Under the pieces are notes generated by a model. That model saw nothing but the letters and a program-made list of their open reading frames with translations. It searched no databases and was not told where the DNA came from. DNA of 63,711 nt, filler included, from Phoronis australis (taxonomy: Eukaryota; Animalia; Phoronida): assembly GCA_002633005.1 (NCBI GenBank). It is 10 parts of 10 records of this genome, joined end to end, with 100 filler letters (N's around TTAATTAATTAA, not from the genome) between each part and the next. Parts side by side here need not be neighbours in the genome. Positions count along the whole stretch, not along the records: positions 22,788 to 50,623 come from NMRA01000703.1; positions 50,724 to 52,788 come from NMRA01003864.1; 8 more parts are not named here. One strand, 5' to 3'. Below, piece after piece: positions 38,922 through 51,736 of the stretch. Each line of letters opens with the position of its first letter. Within the stretch, counting starts at the first letter, position 1. The translations under genes were made by a program, and so were the position numbers.

Positions 38922-40278
38922 AGGAGAATGCCACCCTATTTAATTAGTCTTTTTTTACTGTCTTAATCGCTCTATATCCGCATTACCTTGTATATGGTCA
39001 ATCTTAGGTGAGAAAGGACACAGCGATGTCAGTGGTTCTTCTGCAGAGTGAGTGCTGCTATGGTGTGGTGTATCGTACCCGCTTGTGTGAACTATGGAGC
39101 TGCGAGGAAAGCGGGTATATCATTTTTTTCGATTTCCTTGAGAGCAAATAATGCTTCAGAAGTGGCTCGCGGTAGTGAAGAATGAAAAGTCCGACGTTAA
39201 TTCCAACTGTGAGGCATGAAACTTCTCCGTGTCCGTTTTTGGCTGGAATTTTGCCGACAGTGATTTCACTGAAGTTTGAAAGCCGGTTTACCAAACAGCT
39301 CATGCCAGGGCAGAAAAAGAGACTGAGGCTGAAGTCAGATGTTGTGCTTAGTGTGTTTGCGTTCAACAGTCAGGATTCAAAGAAACGCGGATCGGTTGTT
39401 GATTAGTTTTTGATTATGGAGAATTGTAGTCGGCCATAGCATGAGAACATGACGTTTTAAATAACCTGTTTGATGACTGACTTGTTCATCACACTTGTTT
39501 GGCCTCTGGGTGGGTGTACGATGTTTTTGCCTGTTCTTTTCTTCATGGCTTAAAAAAACGTCATAAGCTCATCTCAAAATCCAGATGGTTCGTGAGACAC
39601 ATGTTCTCTTCTGCAAGAAGGCGTTTCACTTGCAGAATTTCATGGCAGCAAATGCAAGCGTCAGTCGTTTCCATTATCATGACACCATGACAAGTCATTC
39701 GGTTTTCGGAACTAACCATGTGTTCCGTTGTCTGCGCCCGTTCACGGGGCCTCTCTAGTGTTCTTTTATCAGTGCATTCCGGGTTCGAACTGAAAGCCTG
39801 TGAAACCAAATGATCCCGTCTAAGTCAGGATTGCGTTCTGTTTCAAAGTGAATTATTCAAAACTGAAACAAAGTCTGTCTCATTAGATACAACCTGTAAT
39901 GCCTAAGTGTGTGCAAATATTGAGAAGCCAGCAATGAGTAAATTACTGCGTTACAAGGTTTAGACGCATTCAACTAATTGACCGGGCACCGAAGCCGTGT
40001 GAGTGCATGCTAATTCATGCAGTGTTTGTTTACAGAAAGCTGTTGTGAAACAATAACTTGATTTTATAACCTGTGGTCAGACGTTAGGGAATCTTTATTT
40101 AGATATTCATGCACATTATTTGAATCATTGCCTTGACGGTTCCGTGGAAGGGTAACCTGATTTCGAGACTCCCGACGAGCTAGTAAGTGGATTTGCCATT
40201 TTGCGGCTAATTCATCAAAAGAATCACGTGCACATTATTTCTTTGGATCACTAGTATAGTCTTTTCGTGACTGGAAGT
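38922..40278 (+). mobile_element. Kolobok-type element copy B: THAP pseudo-ORF (+, 39060-39365) and convergent P2X7-C-terminus-like KolX pseudo-ORF (-, ~39500-39809)
   Basis: TTAA|AGGAGAATGCCACC terminus; MVWCIVPACVN...GISFFRFP*..QKWLAVV...LKSDVVLSVF; minus-strand METTDACICCHEILQV...CLTNHLDF. Confidence 0.75.
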
Positions 40279-42219
40279 ATAGTTTCTAACTTTGGCTGGC
40301 TTAACGGTTCGTCAGTGTCTTCAGTCACACCCCGTTGGGCCTGATGGTTTCAAGCCACTGGCCGGGATAGCAAGCGTTTTGTGTGTTTAGAACTGAAAGA
40401 AATCACAAGTCTAAAATTACAACGCACAGCATATGTTCTGTCTGTATTTCACGGATGAATAATTCGAATTTATCACCGAACAGACCCCTAACTCCCGCGA
40501 CCGACCTTGGTAAATTGGCTTACCACACTTTGTTGGCTACACTACGTTCAAATTCCTAAGAATCCGTAACAGCGAAATAAAACAACACATTTATTCAATA
40601 ACTCGATGTATTTGTAAGCGTTTTACATTGAATTTTGATTTATTGGTGTAAAACGAGGGATTCAAGCGAAAAGCTGACAACAGTAACCGACGTGCTGTGA
40701 ACTGCTGAACAGACTACGTTCAAACCTCAGACGTCATTGGTTAAGTTCAGCACCTACATCTGCCGTCAGTTGTCAGGTAACAGTGCTGTACTCGCTGTTA
40801 TCGAGTAGAACTGCTCGATCTAAATTGATACAAAATAGGTTGTTTTTGGAGGCATTCCCCTTTAGTGCCCCTGCTAGTGTAACTGGAGTCGCACGCAAGA
40901 CCACGAAACTGACTCAGCACTGTACAAAGCTCGCTGTCTTAGTGGTTGTGTAGCCTTAGAAATTTGTTTTTCCATGCCTCTGACCGCCCCCTTGATCTCT
41001 CCGTTTTATTGTTTTTTTTTCTGCTCTTGTGAATGTTTAGTTGCTCAGTGAGATATATTTATGTTGTTGAATGTTTAGTCGCTCAGTGAGATATATTTAT
41101 GTCCTTGCTGCTGCCACCGGGCTTACTTATTCTGGGTTTTCCGAAAATTTCAGCTGAGACTCAAGACGATAATTTTGGGGAGTGTGAAGTAACAGTAGTG
41201 TCTTGCTAAAAATTAGCAAGATCTCGTAAGACTTTGCGATGAGTTGCTGTGCGTTTTAAACCAAACCATATGATTTTGGCTGGAGTTTTCGCCATGAGAT
41301 TGGTATTGAATGCTCCCCAAAAATGTGTGACAAATCTCCAGCTGTGTCACTAATAACAGGCACTCCCCAGCTTAGCTGGTACTGCTTAGGGAGTATTATT
41401 TTCAAATAGAACTTTAATGTCATATACCTAGCAGTGGGAAATGAAACAAAATATGAAAACAAAAATTTAAAGCAGAAAATCAAATGTCACTTAGTGAAAC
41501 CCAGAACTTTATTTTGTCTTAATCTTGTGCTGTTTTGCCACATTTTGTGCCATTAATTTCTGACAATATAAACGGATCTTTCAATTCAATTTGCCTGTGG
41601 GGCAAGGAAGTTTGAACTTTCATTTGCCAGATGTCGGCAGTTACACGTTGTGACAAGCCCTGATCAGCTCTACTTTTCCATGGAGCCGTAGAAATGCTAA
41701 TTAATCCAGTTACACCTTGAGGGCGAAGCCACATGTCTAGCTTTTCATCTCAGATTGTACATGTACACAATTGCTATACTTTGAGCTAACGAAGAATTGT
41801 ATTCATATTCAATGTTTTGTTTCTTGACTTTGATACAGGGTGGCGCTGACAGCGCTTAGTAGTAATGTTTGAAATTTGCAATCTACTGATTGAATCATGT
41901 TCAAAGTTGGCCCACACGGATAGCACATTTACAAGACAGATTAAATTAATCTTTTGGGCTGGTCATGCTTGCAAAATGCACTGCTGCATTGCTTTTAGGA
42001 CAACTGAGTTGTATGCAGGCGTCAGTCTAACACCCAAGTTAAGCAACGTTCGCTATGTGCTGTCAAAAAACACAAAACTTAATAATTGCAAAAAAGTAAA
42101 ACTTTCAAACCTTCTGTCATTTTGGCATCAGAACATTTAGCAGATGCGCAATAAACATATGCCGATAATCAAGTTGTTGACAATGGCAGCTTGACTTGCC
42201 TCTTGATTTCATTTTAAAG

Positions 42220-42355
42220 GGAGATAGACATTGGCAAAAGGAAAGATTTATTAGTGTGCCGCTGTGTAAGTCGTCTTGCACTGCATGGTGGGAGGACTGC
42301 AAGGACGACTACACTTGCCGTGACAATTGGTATAAAGGATTTGATTGGTCCTCAG
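42220..42355 (+). CDS. FOLR: Folate receptor family (FOLR/riboflavin-binding/Juno-like), penultimate coding exon
   Basis: ttttaaag|GDRHWQKERFISVPLCKSSCTAWWEDCKDDYTCRDNWYKGFDWSS G|gtgagt; matches FOLR W.KER...VPLC...C..WWEDC...YTC..NW.KG..W.SG. Confidence 0.92.
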
Positions 42356-42399
42356 GTGAGTCACATAGTCAAAACCTGAAATCAAAGGTTGTGTAAGTG

Positions 42400-42456
42400 T
42401 GCTGAGCTCAAAGGTTGTGTTAAGGGTGCTGAAGTCAAAGGTTGTGTAAGGGTGCT
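42400..42456 (+). repeat. Short intronic tandem repeat (~22-26-bp unit; first unit from ~42381)
   Basis: tcaaaggttgtgtaag(g/t)gtgct x3. Confidence 0.75.
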
Positions 42457-42671
42457 TGAGCGCTAAGTCAACTGCTGGAAATGTGCTCTTGACTTAGTAA
42501 CCAACAGTTAGTTGAAATCCAACCTAAAAGCTTAAGGCCTAGAACAGCTTTGTTGAAGTTTTGCGAAAATCTGAGTATGGGAGTTTTTCCTGTCCTTTGA
42601 TCTCTCTTCTTGTATCCAGGCTGTGATTATCTCAGTTTTCTGTTTTAAAACTTTGTAACTTGTTCTCTTAG

Positions 42672-42955
42672 GCACTAACAAATGCAAAGAGGGGTGGATG
42701 TGTCGTACCTTCAAGGAAATGTTTGGCAGTGCCGAGAAGATGTGCGAGAATATTTGGGACGGATCGTGGAAAGTGGTCCCAGACAGTGACCAGTGCATGC
42801 ACATTCGGTGGACGGCAGGCGACAATCCAAATGCGGCTGTAGCAGCGGCCCGAGCAAATGAGCTTGTGGGTAGCTTGAATGGTGCTGGAGACATTAAACC
42901 TTGGTGTCTCAGTCACATCTTGGTCTCAGCCGTGTTTTGTACATTGCATATGTAA
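42672..42955 (+). CDS. FOLR: Folate receptor family, terminal exon with GPI-signal-like hydrophobic tail
   Basis: Phase-1 acceptor tctcttag|gc; TNKCKEGWMCRTFKEMFGSAEKMCENIWDGSWKV...CMHIRW...NPN...; candidate aataaa at ~43650 and ~44598. Confidence 0.92.
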
Positions 42956-45461
42956 CCGCGATCATTCATTCAGTTGAACTAGGTGAAGGCTCATATGTGG
43001 AATTAATTGATGTTGAGAGTCGATGAATTCATTGATGTTTATTTTCAAAATAGTCCATGATGGGCCCCATTTGGTTTGCCAAACAACTTGTTTTTTAAGA
43101 TTTTCACAAAAATTAAATGAAAAGGAATCTTCAAGGTCAGCTTAAAAAAACAAACAGCTTAATAGCTTCCATTCATTGGCCTATTTGTGAGTTGAAGGGG
43201 GTGATACACCTGCATTCCATTGTAGAAAATTTATGGGGTATCCGCCTTTTTGCCAGCTTGTACTTGGATATGTAACTTTTCTTATATGCTGGGACGGGCT
43301 GATTTCTCACAGTCAATTGCTTATAGGGTGTCTTTCTACCCATGCAAACGATTCATTGCATGCAAACTTCCTGAGGCTTTGTATAAAAAATCATTTATTT
43401 GCACTGGAGGCCATCGACCCACAGTACATATACATATACAATACAATACATCAGTATGCCTACGCGTACACGTAATATTTCAGGCACCCATAAGTTTTTG
43501 AGTACCGAAGCTGGTACACAACTTCAACTTTTTCAGCACACAGGGATCATAAATTTGCATTAACCTCAAAAAGGAACATCACTTGGGTTGGTCCAATATA
43601 TGTTAGACAGCAATGTTATTCTCAAATCATTGTTAAAGGTACATTCACAAATAAAGTGAAATTTGTCTTCCTTAAAATTTTGACCTGGGATTTGTTTACA
43701 TAAAGAACATATACATAGATGTTTATCAACAGATAGATAATGTTCCTACTCAACCAACAGTGATTTGAACACTGAAACCTTGCAAAGGAACTTCTGAAGC
43801 AATGGGGTAATTTGAATGAAACATAGGCTTCCAAATTAGAGTCGTTTTGAAGAGGGAGTATGTGTATGTGTTTTACCGGTGACTATAATTGACAAAGAGC
43901 AAGTTTTCTAGCATGTTGCACACGCCAGTGTGCAGTGATTGCCAAAGTAATTGGACAAAATTCTGTTGACATGCGTGACACTAATTAAGAAAACTATATA
44001 GCGGACACTAAAAGTAGCATCAAATACATCTTCTTTTTCATTTTAAAGAAATTGACGGCATTCTCCACAATGTTAGAAACCTTTGAAAAAGGATGGATTT
44101 TGGCGCTCATTGTTTTCAAAATTGGTGGGATTTTACCATTTGTCTCACGACTCGTCAATGCAGATACTCCGACAGCAAATTCCAATTGCACTTTGCCATG
44201 GTGACGGGAATTGATGCTGGAGCTCAGTCGCAGAATTTGGGTTCTTTTTATCACAATTTTACCAGGTTGTTTTGTGTCTCTTCTTTGCAAAATGCTCTAC
44301 CCCAGTCGAAACTCCTTTCAATCTTGCATTTTGCAATTTTACACTTAGCCCCATGTTGAATACTTCTGGCTGTGCCAGTGGTTGGAGGTGTTCTACCATG
44401 TTTGACCTTTTGCTATACAGATTGTCCAGTGTCTAATGTGCTTGCCGTTGAATGTTACAAGCTTGTTGGGTCACTTGGCCAGGTTACACATAGATGCATT
44501 GTCACTATCAATAGGTGGCACTGTGTTAGAGTGTTTACCTATGACAACTAGCAAATACATGTGATTGTTTGCTGGAGATGGCTTCACCTCTAATACCAAT
44601 AAAATGCATTCAGTGGTTGACAGTTTAACCTGGGAACTAATATTAGTTCCTAGGATTAACTCAGCAAGTTCACCATTTTCAATCCGCTATTGCTGCAGTG
44701 GCACCTGATGCCATCTAGTGAAGAGTTTTCATGTTATTGTGGTGAATGTAATTATGTGAATGCTGAGGTAATTATCAAAGGAAGTCATTGCGTTCATTAT
44801 GCATGTAATTACACCAATCATGGTTTTGAGGAGACCAAAGTTTCGAAAATTGCATAAAATACACATAATTGTATAATTACTACAACTGACACACCCACAA
44901 GTAGGAATAAAGGAACATCAATAGTCGTCCTACTATTATTAAAATCTCTTGGTCTATTTACACCGAACTCTTGTCTATTTACACTGTCACGACGTTTCTG
45001 TGTGTAAACTTCTGGGCGGCCCGCCACGCTTCTTTTTGGCCCCGCCACTCGTAAATCATACTCAAATTGACCGCCACACACCTAATAGTGACACGGAAAC
45101 TTCACCGCCACGCAAAAATCGCTAGTAAAACGATCGCTAGTAAAATGAATTGCATGAAGTTAGGAACAGTAAGATTTCTGCTTCATTCATTTTATCGTGT
45201 CCGAGTTTACAAAAGACACTGTGAATTCTTAGGCGGATTTAGGGGGGGAGCCAGCCCCCACCCCCTTGGCTGCCGTAAATAAGTAAAACAGCAAGAGCGT
45301 GGGGAAATGTTGAATTTATTAATTAACCCCGTTAATTAAAATTTTACGGATGAAACAAGATTTAAATGTGTGCAGTTTTAGTGTTCAGTTTAGTCTCAGA
45401 TCCAATTTCAAGTGTCAAATTCAGAACACGGCGCAATCGTAACGGAACTAAGGCTAAGTAT

Positions 45462-46429
45462 AGACTCTATTCACGCGGCGGACATTAAAATCGAAAGCGA
45501 GGCTCACTGCGATAAACAAAGCGAAAGTAGACATTGCGTGAGTTAAATAGCCGGTCTTTCGAGTCCAACCTGGATATTGAATTTTAATAATGTGTCAACA
45601 ATTAAACCACACAGACGTAGAAAATTACATTAGAGAACATGTTAAGGCGTCAAAGAGTTGTCTGACGAAAGGGTTTAATTTTTTTCGGAAAACTAGGTTC
45701 GAAACATGAAAAGTAAATATGACCAAATTGCGGCGATCGTAGTGTTACGGATTAGGTATTATGCTGGATGCAGGGTTACTTTTTTTCTTGTAAATTGTTG
45801 ATCAAAATACTTTCTACGTGGACCAGGTCATCTGCTCGTATTGTTGACGAGTTGAAGACATATTCGACAGTGGTGGCTGTCATGTGCAATTAGTCACATC
45901 TGGTTTAATTTGTTGATCAAGAATATTAAAATCAAGCATAGCCTGATCCTATGCACTCCCTGGGACTAACAGTTGATTTGTCATTGAGCTGAAAGAATAA
46001 TTGATNNNNNNNNNNNNNNNNNNNNNNNNNNNNNNNNNNNNNNNNNNNNNNNNNNNNNNNNNNNNNNNNNNNNNNNNNNNNNNNNNNNNNNNNNNNNNNN
46101 NNNNNNNNNNNNNNNNNNNNNNNNNNNNNNNNNNNNNNNNNNNNNNNNNNNNNNNNNNTTGACAACTGACCGAGATGCGACAAAATATGATCTAACTTTT
46201 CGAAAACATTTATTTTACACGGACATATTTTGCTTCGTCGGCGTATGGCAACGACCCAACGCTTCCGAATCTAAACGTCTTTAGAGATTGTGAAGCGTGT
46301 ACGTATTTTTTTCTAGCCGTTTGGGGAACAACACGGACTGAAACACAGACTCCCATGCCGATAAGCTAACAGAGCTATCGTAGCGAGCCTCGTTTTGGAA
46401 CGCGCCTCCTGTCGGCGTGAATAGGGTCT
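45462..46429 (+). mobile_element. ISL2EU-like non-autonomous element copy 2 (contains N gap 46006-46158)
   Basis: Same TIRs and AT flanks as 3398-5185; body nearly identical where sequenced. Confidence 0.7.
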
Positions 46430-46531
46430 ATAGGCTATCTCGCGATATACCAGGCGACTGGCTGGTGGCGCTGCGCACTACGACTTCGTTTCTGTTATCT
46501 GCTCAACTGTGCAATGAAGAAACTTACTTCA

Positions 46532-47812
46532 TTTTTCTGCGCCCACCTATATGTGGACGCATTATGCCGTCATCTCCGTCCGGGCGGCGTCCGTCCGGCG
46601 ACCGCTGCTCTATCTCCAAAACCCTTTGACATACGTTCATGAAATTTGGCACATAGGCCTATGTTCCATTCATGAATGGGACGGCATGTGCGAAATTTCG
46701 GACGGATCAGACTACCGGTGTGCCCCCTAGTGGCAATTTTAGTTTTTTACGCTTGCCTTTTATATCTTCAAAAGTCCTGAACGGATTTTCATGAAATTTG
46801 GTATGTAGGCACCTATTAGTGAGATGATGCTATCCTCCCGTTTCCAGGTGGATCCGACGTAGTTTGCGCCACCTAGTGGCCATTTTTACTGCTTTCGAGT
46901 CTTGTTTTTTTGCGTCCACCCCTCCATCAACCAAACCGCTCAAGAAGGATGATTGTGAAAATTGGCATGTATGTGCTTACTATGAAGAGGACGGTTGACG
47001 ATGATTTTCCGACGATTTCGACTACTGTGGTGCCTCCTAGTGGGAGTTTTGTTTTTTTGCGCCTATGGCTGTATCTCCTAAACCGTTCACAGGATCTTTA
47101 CTTAATTTAGCAAGTGTATTTATGTGATGTTGACTACGGATGACGACAACTTTCGGACAGATCTGCTGTGCCCCCTAGTGGTAATTTTAGTTTTTTACGT
47201 TTAACTCAGTACCTTCAAAGGTCCTCAACAGATTTTCATAAAATTTTAAATATAAGCGTCTATTGGTGTGATGATGCTATCTTCCTGTTTTTGGATGGCA
47301 TCGAGGTATTTTGCACCACCCTGTGGCCATTTTTGCTGTTTTCAAATCTTGTTTTTGGTGTCCACTCCTGTATCAACCAAATCATTTGAAAATTAGCATA
47401 TATGAACTCAGTGTGAAGACGACCTTTGATGATGGTGACTGACTACTGTGGTGCCTCCTAGTGGTAGTTTTGTTTTGCGCCCATAGTTGTATGTCTTAAA
47501 CCCACTGCAGGATCTTTACTAAGTTTAGTAACTGTATTTATATGAAGATAACAACAGACGATGACGACTTTCAGGTGGATCCAACGGACACTGTGCCCAC
47601 TAGTGGCAATTTCATTTTATTCTGTTTTCCTTTGTTTCTCTGAAGTTCCTTGACAGATTTTTATGAAAAATGGCATGTTCCTGTTTTTGGATGGATTGTA
47701 TGTTTTTGCGCCATCTAGTGTCCATTTTTATGATACAAGAGAATAATCTTAAAAGCACACCATTTGCAATGCATTCGTGGGCGCATTTCAACGCTCCGCG
47801 TTGCTCTTGTTT
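46532..47812 (-). mobile_element. Complete HINE-like element
   Basis: Terminal hairpin tgcgcccacctatatgtggacgca, (cgtc)n microsatellite, tandem core repeats, opposite end gggcgcatt...gctcttgt. Confidence 0.75.
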
Positions 47813-48159
47813 GAAGAAAATGGAACCTGAGTGACAATGAAAAAACAGGAGCTGCTGGTAAGATGTCAATTTTAATTGAAGCCTTAGCGAATCCCTCATA
47901 AACTCATAATTCTCTCTTTGTCAAACCTTAACTTAAGACGATTTCCAAAAGCAATCCCGTCGTTATTGCCAACACGAAAAACGGGATTTGGTCTTTTGGG
48001 CAATTGAAGACTATTTTAAATACAACAAATTTGTCAAGAACCGATTGCACAAAATATAAAACGTGTAATAAGCATTGCAAAAAGAAGTAGGTTTCGCGCG
48101 CAAACACTGTGGACCACAAACAAGTAGGTCTCTTGGTATTAAATTAAGAGTTTTAAAAT

Positions 48160-48222
48160 CGTGGTGGTGTAGTGGTAAAGCACGCGCGCTTTATCCGCCA
48201 GGGCGTGAGTTCGAGTCTGTGG
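48160..48222 (+). other. tRNA-derived Pol III promoter-like segment (SINE head or tRNA pseudogene)
   Basis: A-box-like tggtgtagtggt and B-box gttcgagtc at 48209; no clean cloverleaf. Confidence 0.45.
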
Positions 48223-49605
48223 TATTTGCAGTTTTCCCTGTTCCCGTGTTTTTTTTTTTGCCTTTTTTCTTGGATAATACTTCGGGAATCGAGGAAAATG
48301 CTTGATTTTTAGAGGAAAAAAACAGAAAAATTTCCTGGCCGGAGGGGGACAAACCGCCCCCCCCCCCCCCNCTCCTCCCATTCGGTGCTATGCGCATCTA
48401 GAATCGTGGTTTGCGCAAGTGCTTACAAACAAAATGTTGGGCCCCTCTTGTTATATCCTAGATCCGCCACAGGAATTATACTGCAGTGCCTGACATCCAA
48501 CTGCTTAATCAACCATAGCCCTGCGTCAAAACGACGATATTGAATGTTAACCTGTCTCAGATTCGTCTGCATGGACTAGATTATACATCGTCTGCTACGC
48601 CGCCGCCGGCCAACGCCAATCCACTGTCACTGGTATATGCTTAGCAAGACGATATCAACGGAAGTTTCGTTACACGAATTAGTTTACTACGTCCACAAAG
48701 TTCACATATTTGTTGTTCGATGGTTGTCACTTCGTGGATAACTGAATTTTAACACTGTTTTTAGTACTCAAATGCGACAGAGATCACACTATGCCTAACA
48801 CTTCATTGCCAATTTGTCATGTCTACATGATGCTCGGGTCAAGGTCTTGTCTATAATGAGCAAACTGCAACCAATTACATCTAATTTTCAAATTTTGCTT
48901 GGGGAAGGTCTCCCAACCCCCTTGATGGGAGGATCCCACTTCATCCCATGCTCGCATGTGGCGCCGGGTTCCACATCCGCGTCGAGCATTCACCACCACG
49001 CTCCTTTTGAGACCCAGACAATACGGGGATCCCACTTCTCATATTCGCGTGCAGCAACGGGCTTTGCAACCCGTTTAGGCCATTTACCACCACGCTCCTT
49101 TCAAAACTCGGGGAAGAAACACGTCTTGTTGACTAAATTGAGTTAATCACGTGCTATCTAGGGTGCTGCTGTCTTACCTTGTGTAATTTTCTTGATCAGG
49201 TTGTAATTTTAATAAACTAACTTAAAGCGTGGAGTTTACATACGTGTACAATTTGATTATTACTCTGCGAATGTCAGCGCAGAGTACTGGAAGATGTTCC
49301 TGGGTTTTCTTCAATTTCATTCTTCTTATGGCAAAGTTTCATGCTTAATAACTCCAAAATGAGTGCAGGTAAGTTGTATTACATTAAGCAGCATATGAAT
49401 TTTCATTCACGATATAATAGACCGGGATCCCAGAGCTTTTTTGGGCATGAAAGGCAACCAATTTTCTTTGGCACCACAGTGTTCTATGGGTATCCTCGCG
49501 CTTGAAAATGGCTGTCTGGCATTTTCGCTCTGGTGGGTGTGGTTGTTGTGTATCTTACTTTGTCAAATAAAGAAGACACTCCATTAACTACGCAGTAAAA
49601 CGAAT

Positions 49606-49850
49606 AGAATTGAACTGAAAACTGAACTGTTTTATTCCACATATCACAACAATATATATACACACGACTACATAACAAGTTACAACATATGCGAATTACC
49701 TATGACACACTTCCTATTCTAGGAATCGCATGACATAATACCAATAAAACTACTGAACTCATAAACAATAACAACCTACAAACATCCTGTTATTGTGTGA
49801 CTAAGTACACAACAGTGGTCAGGGGAGCCAAGAAAATGGCACTCATAAAT
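49606..49850 (-). mobile_element. Probable retroposon 3' end
   Basis: Minus strand aataaa followed by (cagtt)n-like tail at 49606-49636. Confidence 0.4.
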
Positions 49851-50723
49851 TGAGCTAGATCAACTTTTCTGGTAAACCACTTCAAACTGCCTTCGATACC
49901 TACTACCTAATCCACTGTCAAAATTGGTCACTGCCAGACAATTTCAGTGGTGGGGAGTATCAGCCAGACGGTTATAAACAAGGTAAAAAATTGAGCAAGA
50001 TAAAATCCAAGAGGTAACCGCATGAAACCAGTTGCAAAATATTCACCGTGAGCCCAGGTATCACAAATGAACACTGCACGACAAATCTAGTGGTGGGTTA
50101 GGCCTGCCAGCCACGCCTAAGTACCGAAGTTGAGCTAGATCAACTTGACCTATCGCAAGCTCTCGCTGGTTCCCTGCGTGCCGCTAGGTGGGGCGGTAGC
50201 CGCGCCAGCACGCAGGTATCACTTAAATTTCCTCTGTAAATTTTTTTACACCGGCGTTTCTGATTGGCTAGTCGATTCGTCAACAGGCAGCGCTTTGCGC
50301 AAACAAACTGGCATGGCTGATGGACTCATGTGTAAATGTGGTCTGTTGTACAGACAAATCGGTGCTTAAAATTTATGTTCAGGAAATGTGAAGCCTAGAA
50401 ATTGTGACTGAGCCTTTTCGAAATGCATCTTTCTACTGTCGATGACTTTTGTTTACGATAATGTCCTTATACACTATGAATAACACACCGGTTAAATCGG
50501 CCACATAATGTGTGTTTATTGTGCATGTATGTGTTTCAAGCACGCGGCTATTAAACATCACTGCAGAAACGAAATAGTTGCTGCGACGCCACTTGCATGA
50601 CAAGGCTAAAAATCGTTCACAGTNNNNNNNNNNNNNNNNNNNNNNNNNNNNNNNNNNNNNNNNNNNNTTAATTAATTAANNNNNNNNNNNNNNNNNNNNN
50701 NNNNNNNNNNNNNNNNNNNNNNN

Positions 50724-50786
50724 TGTTCATTGTGTTCATGCAGAGACTGTTCATTGTGTTCATGCAGAGACTGTTCATTGTGTTCA
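50724..50786 (+). repeat. 24-bp minisatellite abutting a gap
   Basis: tgttcattgtgttcatgcagagac repeated. Confidence 0.85.
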
Positions 50787-51636
50787 ATAGGGAGTAGAAC
50801 ATCATGCTTCCTCAATGGAAGCGAGTGCAGAACAAAGATGCGGGCCTTTTTTTGGGCCAGTTACATCACTTCCTGTCGCTCCATGGATAGTAGAACAGTA
50901 ATTAACGTGGAAAAATGTATTTCCAAGACAACCAGTATTTTTACTATAGCATCAAAAATGTCTGCTATCTCCCATTAAGATCCATGAGTTGAATGCTACG
51001 GAAATTTCTACTTTAAGGGCCGTTTCAGATGAGAGGCATCGTCGCCTGAAAAGCCGCGCGACATGTCACCCGATATCAACATGGCACGTGTAAATGGTTC
51101 CACAGCTCATGAGACACATTTCAGGTGTAAGCCGACAAGTTGTGGGGAAGTTGAGCATGTTCAACTTGGTGCAACTTTTTGGCCAACACTTGGGGAAGCA
51201 GAACGACTAAGGTACGTGGGTTCTGACCAATCAAACATCACATTTGCATTACCAATGCTACTCAATCCCACACTTTCAGTCAGTTTTTAAACATTTCGTT
51301 CAACTAGTGCAAAATCCGCAGAAACTAACTGAAAGCTGTATGAAACTTAAAATCAAAAGATTATAATAATATCAGAAATCTCAGATAAAAACAACTACCC
51401 AACAAATTTGGGGTGATTGGACAAATCTTTCAGTTGTATTTTGAATAGTGCCGTGCATGAGAACCCTTTATCACAGACACCTTATTCAGTGCTACATGCC
51501 TGTGTACTCAGTTAGGGCTGTCAGTGACATCTCACCATAAAGACTCCTCGACTTTTCACAATAAGAGTAATGTAGTAGGTGTTTTGGATGTAAAATCTAC
51601 CAAACACGGCCTAGTACAAAATAGAAGCTTACTCAC

Positions 51637-51736
51637 CTGATCGTCTTGGCTTCATCCACTTGACAATGTTCTCATTCACCCCGTCTGTACTGTCCATTGG
51701 TGAGGCCAACATTGTGTCCAGGAGGTCAGCACGGGT
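51637..51736 (-). CDS. Internal coding exon of an unidentified gene
   Basis: attacag|TRADLLDTMLASPMDSTDGVNENIVKWMKPRRS|gtgagt, strong splice sites, open frame; separated from the UBE4-like exons by two linkers. Confidence 0.5.

Noticed and set aside
41300-41345. ECSP motif as a missing FOLR exon
   Set aside because: Flanking residues do not match the FOLR C..F....C.YECSP...PW pattern and no convincing splice sites.
48160-48222. Functional tRNA gene
   Set aside because: A/B boxes present but acceptor and anticodon stems do not pair convincingly.
49960-50030. LPLGFYLAQFFTLFI resembling a group II intron/DGR RT motif
   Set aside because: No YxDD or extended ORF; chance similarity.
51637-51736. 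Assigning this exon to the UBE4-like gene as part of a UBC domain
   Set aside because: Phase-compatible but separated by two linkers and lacks GP..TPY or catalytic-Cys motifs.
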